Origin: Haliotis cracherodii
Lineage: Eukaryota
DNA length: 64,000 nucleotides
Direction: 5' to 3'
NCBI RefSeq assembly: GCF_022045235.1
Contig: NW_027266271.1
Location: 26,908,001 to 26,972,000 of the forward strand
Both the position numbers and the translations under genes were made by a program. The notes under the pieces are model-generated. The model was given only the letters and a program-made list of their open reading frames with translations. It searched no databases and was not told the DNA's origin. Below are positions 11,101-22,600 of this stretch, piece after piece; position 1 is the stretch's first letter, and every line of letters begins with the position of its first letter.

Positions 11101-13949
11101 ATGCACAGAATTATTTCGTGATGATTCTTAATAATGGAATTTAAAGGAAAAAAGGCCACATACAAAAACACGTCAACCCAAGAAAATAACCAGTCTTGAT
11201 AATCCCCCGACACAGATTCCATTTGGAGTACCAAAAAATTAAATAACGGTAAAAATCATATGAATGGATCACTACAATCAGTGATGAACCAGGTTTTACA
11301 CGAACAAAATTTACACGACAAGAGTTATGGAACATTCTATCCGTTGTAGTTTATTCTGCAGTGTTATATGACAATGGATCTTCTTGGTTTGATCAAGAGA
11401 AAGGAAATTGCAATAATTTACCAGAAGGTGTTGTGGTAATGGTTCAGCTTAAATAGAAAGTCGTAGTCAGGATCATTGAGCTCTGGTTGCTGTGCACTGT
11501 GTATGCCATGATAATAGGTGATAAAATCACCAGGAGAAAAGTCTTTGCCTGCTACTATTCCCTTTCCTGTAAATCAAAGCGGAAAGTGTTTCTTCATTTT
11601 CATCTTTAAAAAAGGGAGCACGGGTGGCCCAGTCGTCTAAGGCGCTGGGATTCGCTGTTCAGAGGGTACGCCAGACACCGATGATTGTGGGTTCGAATGC
11701 TTCGCCCCGATTATCTTTCTAGGTTTGTCAACACCATACCCGTGCTCGTGGGATTCACCGAAGTGGTGAACGTCTGAGACCTGCATCACTTCGAGTCTTT
11801 TCTCCCACATTAAGCTGACATGCCGTAATATACTTTTAAAAGCGGCGTTAAACCCAACTCACTTTCTCGCTTAAAACAACATTGGCTCTGATTAGCGGAG
11901 GAAATTCTACTTCTGTACCTCTCACACAGGGCAACTATTAAACAATACGAATTTATTTTCAATAATACCAAATACATTTCTCTTGTACAAAAATGTATCC
12001 AGTTCTACATGGAATATTTTAATTTTGAAGAATGAGAGAGTTAAAATTTAACTTCCCATGGGCAATATTTCAGTCATGACGATAATTTTGACCAAAAAAC
12101 ATCAGGACAGCAACATATTGAACGGCGATGATTGTAATCATCGTTTATGTTTTCATATTAATATACGCACATGTTGCCCCCATCATGAAGGCTATCTCTA
12201 ACATACCAATACTCTTTGACCTGAACAGTATTCAAGTTATGTCACAGCGTACTAAAGGTATAATTACTGTACCAGTTGGAGGTCCAAAATCCACCAGGTG
12301 GAGGTAGGAAGGTGCCTTGTCCAGACTGCGGATAGCTTCTCTTGCTACTGCGAATGGATGTTTTGGCTATGGAAGATGAANNNNNNNNNNNNNNNNNNNN
12401 NNNNNNNNNNNNNNNNNNNNNNNNNNNNNNNNNNNNNNNNNNNNNNNNNNNNNNNNNNNNNNNNNNNNNNNNNNNNNNNNNNNNNNNNNNNNNNNNNNNN
12501 NNNNNNNNNNNNNNNNNNTGTTTGGCCCCAATTTTAAATATTTGATTGAACCCTCTAGATGGAAGATGGAAGTGAGTGAGTGAGTGAGTGAGTGAGTGAG
12601 TGAGTGACGATACATTGAAGAGTGTTTGGCCCCAATTTTAAATATTTGATTGAACCCTCTAGTGCGGGCGTGTTGCTTATAAACCAGTGAAAATCAAGGC
12701 GAATCGGACGTAATTATAAAGGCAATGTGTGTATAAAACCGTCTTTCGAAAGTTAAGGCTTGGCGCCAGGAAGCAACCTTAGGAAAAACAAATATACTTG
12801 TTTTCTAAAATGGTTCTACTGTACTTACACACGTGAAACTTCGAACCGTATAGGTGTAGCAATTACGTCCTTCGTCCAATGTTCATTAATGACTGCGCGG
12901 TTCACAACGTTGTTGTCTCAGACGGTAAGGTACTCAAGCGGTCGAATTGAAAGCAAGTAAACCGAACGCATGAACATCGGCCCTTGTTGTCCGAGTGCGA
13001 TCACACACAGAGTGCAATCAGTCAAATTGCAGTTACCAGTTTGTAATAGAATTTAAGAATTTACCTTGATGGGTGAAACAGCACATACTTCAGTCAGGTA
13101 GATTATATAATTGAGAGTGTGTCAAATATGTGTGTATATCGCACGTTGATCAGTAATAGTTGAGAGTTTATCGAGTCTGAGTGTATACCACATGTCAGTC
13201 AGTAATAGTTGAGAGTTTATCGTGTCTGAGTGTATACCACATGTCAGTCAGTAATAGTTGAGAGTTTATCGTGTCTGAGTGTATACCACATGTCGGTCAG
13301 TAATAGTTGAGAGTTTATCGTGTCTAATTGTATACCACATGTCAGTCAGTAATAGTTAAGAGTTTAACGTGTCTGAGTGTATACCACATGTCGGTCAGTA
13401 ATAGTTGAGAGTTTATCGTGTCTAGTTGTATACCACATGTCAGTCAGTAATAGTTGAGAGTTTATCGTGTCTGAGTGTATACCACATGTCGGTCAGTAAT
13501 AGTTGAGGGTTTATCGTGTCTGAGTGTATACCACATGTCGGTCAGTAATAGTTGAGAGTTTATCGTGTCTAATTGTATACCACATGTCAGTCAGTAATAG
13601 TTGAGAGTTTATCGTGTCTGAGTGTATACCACATGTCGGTCAGTCATAGTTGAGAGTTTATCGTCTCTGAGAGTATACCACATATCAGTCAGTAATAGTT
13701 GAGAGTTCGACAGGTGAGAGTTTCTTTGGCGGTAGAACGAGGACACACTAATCACTCCACCTGAATGCACACGGCTCACACACTGATATTACTATAGCAT
13801 TAGCCACATAGAGTACATTACACGTCATGGACATCAACCTACCGCTACCCTTCATCAGTAACACAAACCTCTGCAGCCTCAAGCGTCGCATATTCATCCG
13901 GAATCCAACACATACAGTAAATCGCCGCAAAAACAGATAAACCATGCAT
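8104..13949 (-). CDS. Gene B: signal-peptide-like leader + two tandem SETD8-like SET domains (~379 aa predicted)
   Basis: Exons 13949-13869 (MHGLSVFAAIYCMCWIPDEYATLEAAE), SET-1 12366-12273, 11566-11422, 11013-10818, SET-2 10626-10530, 9800-9656, 9410-9215, a degenerate third pre-SET exon 9059-8982 (KKKQLKTEDREANRSSDIPPSYLHEK) and last exon 8211-8104 (SQKTWTHPQSKRRTWLDLLKTVFMPTCQLENEDNQ*). All GT-AG and phase-compatible with no internal stops. Intron 1 spans the assembly gap. Confidence 0.75.
11614..11872 (+). mobile_element. tRNA-derived SINE, family B
   Basis: GGGAGCACGGGTGGCCCAGTCGTCTAAGGCGC head, GGTTCGAAT B box, tail AAAGCGGCGTTAAACCCAACTCAC. Confidence 0.85.
12381..12518. other. Assembly gap (138 N)
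   Basis: Run of N. Confidence 1.
13151..13708. repeat. 49-bp minisatellite (~11.4 units) in intron 1 of gene B
   Basis: Unit CAGTAATAGTTGAGAGTTTATCGTGTCTGAGTGTATACCACATGTC(A/G)GT in head-to-tail copies with no unique spacers. Confidence 0.95.
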
Positions 13950-16072
13950 CTCGTCAAATGACAACCACCGTCAACTCAAAAGAAAGACATAGGGCGGTAA
14001 GGAAAGGCCTGGTTATACTTTCATAACTACCGTATTTCCTGTATTTATGTGCACTTCATAATGGGTTTTATTTTACAAGATGCATTTGCATATCTCATTG
14101 ACAACATAAAGCACACAATGAAGAGCCGTGTGAGGTAACAGCTAAAGCGTGTGCAGGACATTAAACAAAAGGCGACAAAAACATTTTGTATGTACATGTG
14201 TAACTTTCCTTGTATACAATGTGTAACCACAAACCTAACGAAAAACGTCATCCTTTATCCGATGCGATCCCTTTTTTGACTTGAACCATACGTTCTGTGT
14301 TTGTTCAGGTGATAATGACCTTGAACTGCTCCGTAGAGGAAATGTGTCGCGAATCTCGACTCCCCTGGCAACATTGCAGCCATCATCTTGTACACAAAAT
14401 CTTCACATTAGCTGCCTTTTGCGACATCAAGAAACAAGAAACGTGGAACCTACACTGACAATTTAAAGATCGGAGTTGTATTTCTCCGAAAGGTACATGC
14501 TGTTTAATATCTAAAGATAGAAGATGACCACGCGATAAATCACAAAGAACAATGAAAAACGAAGCGAGGTTTATTTCACGATAAAACATTGTACTATCAT
14601 GACGTCATTTCTGGAGATTCGAATGTGCCCTGGCAAATTCATGACCGCAAATATTGGACGACGTTATTTTTGAGAGGGAAGTGTCTAGTGAGTTGTTCCC
14701 CATAAATGTAGCTGGACTACGCAGATAAACGCAGTGGCCGAACGATTGCATCCAAAAGTGGGAGAGATATGACAATAGGTATGAGGAGAAAAGGTACAGA
14801 TAATCGACGTGAGGATTTCAAGAAAACGCTTGAAATACAAAACTTAACCCACCTGTTCGTAAATTGGGCTTGTCCGACATTTCCAGGTCGGATTCAATTC
14901 AGGGTGTCATAATTTTCAGAATTTGGGTAAATATGTTTAAATCCTCATTGTTTATTCTCCCTGCACCGTTTTATTTTACGATAATCAACGACCACGAGAC
15001 GTTTATTTCTTAATTTATTACACGAATAAGGCTTTTTTAAGGTGTGTCATTACATCATACGAAAATATGGCTCATTATCGGGGAACTTTGTAGAAATGTG
15101 GGTGGCAACCTGGTGACAGGAAGCAATATCCTTAAACGTGTCGTTCAAAATGGCTTATCATAACAAAAAGATAATTTCATAGTTATGACTGCAGGCAAGT
15201 GTTTATTTGTAAGAATGTAATATACTGCGATGTGCTGATGCGATATATACTGGTTTCTGTTGACGCTAATAACGTGGTGTTTACGGTATTGACAGGACGT
15301 TTCGTGTCGAAGGATTCATTGCTATACAACTACCCGTTATTGTTCGCGGTAAAATGGGACCGCTCCCAGCTCTTGGCGACCTACACAACTTAAACCAGGC
15401 CCCTCGCCTTTGTGCCGCTTGTGTGCGGAGTTGTGTGCACTGCGTGTCTATGTTGTATGTGTCTAGCTGACAGTCATTCACAACCCAGGCATATTTACAG
15501 TCGCTTTTTTGCTTTAACCCCACTCCGACTCGATTTTGTACAGGCTGCTGTCATATAGCTGGAATATTGCTGGGTGCCACAATAAACAACAACAGACACA
15601 CTATTTCCTCTAGTGCACCTGCCAATCCCCTTACACGGCACAATACGTGTTCTTCCAATTCCATGTCCGTCTACACTCGGGCGGGGTCAATCCCATAATC
15701 AGTCTTAGCCAGCAGTGGGAAGACACAATATTGGAACTAGGTTCATTAGTTCCACTAGCTCTGTGAACATTTCATTCCACAACACAATCGAACCCTTTTT
15801 ACTGTGGGTCGATAACTAATTGATCATAAAAAAGAGCTTCTTTCACAATTGGCTGTCATGATTCCGAACAATTTGCGGAGGGGTCAATTAGTCTGCGGTT
15901 TTCAGCGAATGCTACAATACCACTACTCCCTTGCTGCTTAAACTCAAGCAATTCCCATTTTACGACAATCAACCTATTGCTCACAGAAATGCGAATAAAA
16001 GTGGATACCTGGATATAACTACAGAAATATGAAGTTAAAGAACTATCACACTTTAAATTATCCCCTAATTGC

Positions 16073-16235
16073 CGGTCGACATGGAAAATCAGAACTTTCA
16101 AGATTATAGGTGAAACGAATTTCTTGACCTGTTTTAATTAACCAATTAACAATCATCGTTGCTTTCGTAATTGGGTTACGCCATTCGTCATTAATAAGAC
16201 GGCAATAGGATCCATCTTCTTGGGATGCATAGATC
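16073..16235 (-). pseudogene. Orphan decayed catalytic SET exon
   Basis: Translates IYASQEDGSYCRLINDEWRNPITKATMIVNWLIKTGQEIRFTYNLESSDFPCRP. It has an internal deletion, DA>YA, PW>PC and donor GT>GC. Flanking 16236-16350 is homologous to the adjacent intron of genes C-E. No other exons are nearby. Confidence 0.85.
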
Positions 16236-16962
16236 CTTTAAATATGAAAATTAACAATATATTACTGCTTCGAACATTAATATTGGGAAGCACGGATCCT
16301 TCAAATATGAAAACTCAAACTAAAATAGCGTTGTGAAGAAATTTGGGCAGGATCGGTGTTTTGAATATGAAAATATTTACAATATCACAGCCGAGGCAGG
16401 AAACGCATGATCTGAGATGCTCTATTAATGTACACTGTACAAATGGACATCCCTTGTGACAATACATACTCTCCAAAAGTAGTATGGGATATTCGAGAAT
16501 AGCAGATGATTACAGAAATACAAAGATTTATCTAATGACGGTAATAGATGGATCAGAACAAAGGAAGGACCAGGTGTAACATGGCAATGAACAGAACATG
16601 TTGGCAGTGTATTGTAGAGGTGCAAACAACTACGAAAGATGACAGGGGTGTCCTCCCAAATCGCCTTTATGCCAAAACACCTTCAGCTTATAACAACAAA
16701 GTTTACAGTTGTATGCACAGCTAGTCTCCTGCCTGTGCCTCTGTAATAGCCGTATTGTTACGAGAAGTTATCTATTTACAATAAGTACATTAAGACTCAA
16801 TAGAAACATGTCATCGATGGACAGTGCAATAGCTAGATTATCATAGATTGTGTTTAAAACTAGTTCGAGAACATTTAAAAGAATAAACTATTATTTCTAA
16901 TAATAACTACATATTTGTAGATCGCTAGAATCCAGCGAGTATTAAATAGGGATTGAGTTTGA

Positions 16963-16963
16963 G

Positions 16964-17031
<68 letters not shown>

Positions 17032-17226
17032 AGTGTGTGAATACCCATCTCATACACAGTATACTGACTCCGAGCCGACTAGGCCTTGTTTTAGCACCTT
17101 AATGCCGAGCGCCAGGCAGGGTTATAACAAGTAGCATCTTTTAACGTCTTTTGGTATGACGCTGCTGGCGATCGAACCCCGTACCTACCGTTCTCTGGTA
17201 GTTCTACCACGAGATCACAGAGGCGA
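16963..17226 (-). mobile_element. SINE family C (MetaSINE/MESC-like core) with (GCGT)n microsatellite
   Basis: Reverse complement of 54404-54755, including the core GTCATACCAAAAGACGTTAAAAGATG...CTGGCGCTCGGCATTAAGG. Confidence 0.8.
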
Positions 17227-18146
17227 TCTTTTCTGTCCCGAGTGAATTAATGTTGAAAGTCCCCAGTCAAAGCTCGGAACGTAAACATTAATTCACTGGG
17301 ACAGATAATCCGTAATTCCTTGGTGCTTTTAGTGTATTCTCTAAATATGATTTTTCAGTGGTGGTGGAAAGGTGAGATGAAGACATATACTCATCTATCT
17401 TGTTATTGTTGACAGAAATGAGGTCAAATCTTTAATTCTACTGAAGTAGTAAAAACAATCCGGTTCGTATGTGAAGAGCAACCGATTAGCTAGGCGAGGG
17501 GCACACCGTGGGACACCTCCTAATTGTCCAAACGTTCTATTCCAATAATTGATAAAGATACTGTCAATCAGGAAGTCCAGGAAGTCACTACATATTTGGG
17601 TATCTTAATATATTTTAGTAGAGTTGCTTTAGAATTACTTAAAATCGTCATAATCATCATTGCATATTTACAATCGTTATAATCTTTCTTCCAACTGTTT
17701 CAGTTTGAAACTAGTACTAACCAGTGTCCTACATTGTCCAACAGACCAGCAGGTACAGAGGCAGGTATTAATGATGCCGTTTGATTGTGACATACTGCTT
17801 ACCAAAACGTCACAATGGTCAGCAAAGTTGCAATCTCAGTGTTGAGATGTCTCCGAGTGTGTGAGATCAAGCGTTATCGCCCGTAGAGGCCAGTTGTGTG
17901 TCGTATGTATAGCATTGGAGTCGGTGCTGAGGAAAATATCACACATTAAAAGAATATGACCTGTCATAAATGTTAAAAACCTGAAGTGATATTAAAAGAC
18001 TACTGCCACATCAACATTAGACATTCTTACAATTAGAACAACGACACAAAGAACGAACTAGTTCAGTCTTGAACTGATTTAATAACACAGTAAACAAATC
18101 CAGAGAATTACAATTAACTGTGTCCTATGTATATCAGCTAACTTTC

Positions 18147-19580
18147 TCAATCTTCTTTATCGATTTTGCAAACCGGCATAAAGGTCGTCTCCAGGAGGCT
18201 CAACCACGTCCTTCGCATACAAAGAAAGTTGGTTTGCACTTTCGATGCCTGAAATATTAATATAGTAATTATGAAATATCAATTGGGGATATCACGTCAA
18301 GCAAATATAAATGTACGAAACAACATGGGACAATTAAACGTGATATGGAAAGCAACGTGATATTAATCCATAGTTATACTATATATAATGAACCTATCTC
18401 CCTTTTGAATATTGTATCGTCGCCTCTTATTGTTACTTGTAAAGTTGGGTCCTTTGAAATCGCCAGAACACTATGATCGTGGGTTCGAATACTGGTTTGC
18501 TCCAATTTTTCTAGGTTTATTAGCACCATACCCGTACCGGTAAAAGTTAAACGTTTAAAGCCTGCATCACTTTGGGCCTTCATCCCGCATTAACCTGACA
18601 CGCCGTGTTTTAACTTGAATACTGTTCAAAGCAGTGTTAAATCCAGCTCATTCATTCACTTACTCACTCGCTCGCTCGCTCGCACGCACGCACTCATATT
18701 GTTACTAAGCATATTATATATCCATGAGCTGGATTTATTTAGGATAATACACTCCCTGCAAACCCATCCAATAGCCATCTTGGCTAGCATTGAAAGGGCA
18801 AGGTGAAGGTTTTGACTCTTACTGTGATGTTGGTCGATATCAAAATTTTAACCTTTTTTAATGTTAATCATCACAAAATCTTTTCTCAAATGACACTCAT
18901 GATGTTCGATCTATAAGCGGTATGTTGGATCAGTTGGTAGTTGTTTACGGTGAATCCTACAAAATCACTTCTCCTTGCTGCTCGAAGTATTGGGACGATA
19001 ACAAAACGGTGCAAGTAAACATAAAATAGGAGGTTCCCTATTCCTGAAGGTGGTCAAAGATAACAATGTTAAACAAGGGTTTTTACGATGTATGCCAAAT
19101 ATTTGACTACATAAACATATGTCTGGTCGACTATGTCAGAAAATGGAACCCGAAAAACTGAAATGTAAACAAATTGTGGAAAAGGATAAAAGAGGCAAGC
19201 ACATGTCGATAATAAGGAAACTATCACATGAAGTCATTCTTATAATTCTTTTTAATCGTAAAAACTTCATACGACACAGGTTTCAATCAGTTCTAAAATT
19301 ACTTTAATTTGAATACAAATATGTATCTTCTGACATGCAGTCTCGCGCCAACTGGAACCGGATTCTATTATATTGTAAATTATTTAACAAGGGAAAATCT
19401 TTTTACACGCGTGTGGATCTAGATAGTTTATTAAATGTATTATATATTTATTAAATTAGAATGGCAGATAGACACGATCTCCCTGATTCAATAAAGTTTA
19501 AAATTTACAGCTAAGAAACGCAAAATATCCTTTCCATTGCCAATTTAATATTTGAAAAGCATTCATACAACAAATTCCTA

Positions 19581-19630
<50 letters not shown>

Positions 19631-22600
19631 TTGTTGATATCAGTCGATTTTCCCCGATGAACGAACATAGGACAACGACAGTCAACTTAGTGAAAGAAAA
19701 TACATCTTACAGATGTCACGCAGAATTCCAGAACTATTTAATATTATAATCACTGATTCAACTTAGGATTCTGCAAAGAAATATTTGAATCAGAATTACT
19801 TGCTCCTTCTTGTAATGAGACAATAGATCGAAGTACGCACTGGTGTATACTTAAACAGTGATAACTGCCCGTCAAGGTTTGACTACCCTGACTACCCTGA
19901 CGGTTTCGTTTAAAAAATACAAATACACGTACAAATACACGAAATAATAGTAAATGTTATCAAATTGGCTCACTGCAAATAAACCAGGCGTACAGGATGA
20001 TGAAGGGAAGCTTGGACAGGATGTGATGGTTCAGAGTCAAGCTTTTTGAGGTACAAAGTCACTTTAACTCTTTTATCGCTCAGGGAATCACCAAAGGTAG
20101 TAGTCCGGAGGTTTTCAAAATAGTCATGTCTACTTTAACGAACAAGGTTGCACTACTTCACAAAGTTGTCATTGTCACAGATGCTTTCTTAAATATAAAA
20201 AACGTTCCCTGCTTTATATGTGAACTATTGTGGAAGCGAATTCTGTATATCGCAACACAGAAATAAATGCAGGAAAGAGTTGCTTCCATTCAAGTTTTAA
20301 CTGTTCACTTTAAGAACGCATACTGCCATGTCGTTGTGTTACAAATTAAAGTTTGGTCGTAAAATACTAACAATGATGGTTTTCTCTTCAAACTAATTTT
20401 CCCATACACCTCAACGGTAAAAATATTAATATGTTGCGATGTAAAACCCACAAATTACCTGTCGCCATGGAAAATCACCATCATTATTATAGTTATAACG
20501 AATTTCTTGACCAGTTGTGATGAATCTGTGAGCAAAAAAGGCAATGTGAGGTCGCCCGTCCGCAAAAATTAACCTCGCTATTGCGTTTGGGTAACGCCAC
20601 TCATCATTCAAGAGACGACCATAGGATCCATCATCTTGGGAAGAATCGATCCTTTCAATATGAAAGAAGAAGAAAATATTACAGCTTGAAAAATGGTATT
20701 AGGAAGCAATGATCCTTCAAATATGGAAACACACAAACAGTAATAGCGTGGTAAATGAATTGTGGCGGCATTAATTTTGAATACAAAAATACACAAAATA
20801 TCTTCGGCCAGACAAGAAAGAGTTCTCAACATTCTACTACACACAGTTTTGCATTGGAAATCATAGATAACAAACAAATTGAAACACATAATCTGAGACG
20901 TTCTAGGAATATACATTCGACAAATTGACATCCCTTATTTGGCTTACCTTTCAATATATAATGTATACTGCCTTGCTCTGATAAATCAGTCTAAGGGCAT
21001 TTTAAACTGAGATTTGTATTGCCAGTTTTCAGAGGGGAAAGGCAACTCCGATGCTTACCAAATATTTTTGCTACCCCAAGACAGTTTAAAGGTGTACTCG
21101 TCTATTACTGGCTCCTTTACACAATATTTTCCATGGTAGTAGGTGATGAAATCGCCTGGAGAGAAGTCCTTGCCAGCAACTATCCCCCTTCCTGAGAACA
21201 AACAACAAAACTGTGTAGTGTAACATTTACTTCATCAGTTGACATACGATGGAGGCTTTCTCATCAGATACTAATGACATAACATTATCTTCGTACGCTT
21301 GTACCATTACGTTTTCAAATCCGTGGACAAATGGCAATGAGACATGATTGCATAGAGTTGTAAATATTTCTTGAATAGAGATGTAAATAGTTCATTAAGA
21401 TACACAACGCTACCAGTTCAGTAGGGCTATATTATTCGCCCCCCAAGACCACTCTTGGTTGTCTTTTGGAATATTTTGATATACTGATATATAGTACAAT
21501 AGCATCACTAGCCAACTAAATAATATTTGTAGCAAGTCGTACACCATAATGGTACTTGAAAATACATGGAAGCATTTCGGAACAAGCATTACAATTGACC
21601 TCAGGTCAACGTATGAGTGAGTGAGTGAGTGAGTTGGGTTTAACGCCGCTTTTAACATTATTCCAGTTATATCACGGCGTGTCAGCTTAATGTGGGAGGA
21701 AAGCCCAAAGTGATGCAGGTCTTAGACGTTTACCACTTCGGTGAAACCCACGAGCACGGGTATGGTGCTGACAAACCTAGAAACATAGTCGGGGTGAACC
21801 GGGATTCGAACCCACAACCATAGGTTTCTGGCGTGTCCAGGGGACGCAACTCTGCACAGCGAATCGCAGCGCCTTAGACGACTGGGCCACCCGTGCCCCC
21901 GTCAACGTATGATGGCACAGTTATAATTGCAGTAGTAACGACACAGGTATAGGCTTAACATAGCTTATCACTTTATTGCTTGGTGAATTAAACATCTCCC
22001 TATAGCTATGACGCAACCTGTTATGGTTTATTATGTAATGCTGCAGTTGTAAAATGGTGGACCCTTTCCCGAATAAAGTATTAATTCAGTCGGCACAATA
22101 AGGTATAGTTTCAGTAGTCACAGGAAAAAACCTAGTGACAGTTTTTTACGACAAACGCTGGGAAGCGTACACCACAAAACCAAGCTACTGCAATGAAATA
22201 CACTACCAATCGGATGTCCAAGGTGAGCTATACGAAGGTATGAAGGCGACATGTCGGATCGTCGGATAGCTGCCCCTGCTTCCTTGATCTGCTGTCTTGT
22301 ATGCTGGGAAGAAGAACGACAAGGACAATACTTGTATTTATTACTTCAGGTCAAGCTAAGTTCAGATTCAAGTAATCAGTTTTACAGGAGTGAGTGAGTG
22401 AGTATGGTTTTACGCCGTCTTTAGCAATGTTCAAGCAATATCACGGCGGGGAACAACAGAAATGGGCTTCACACATTGTACGCATGTCGGGAATCGAACC
22501 CGGGTCTTAATCAGTCCTTAATCAGCTGTCTGGTATGCTGGGAGGAGAAACAGATAACGATAAAATGGGTATAACTTCAGTTCCGATTCAAGTTATCAGT

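Noticed and set aside
12519-12662. 40-bp direct repeat flanking a (GAGT)n tract
   Set aside because: Abuts the assembly gap and cannot be distinguished from a contig-end artefact.
13151-13708. CRISPR-like array
   Set aside because: Contiguous 49-bp units with no unique spacers and no cas genes, in eukaryotic intron context. It is a minisatellite.
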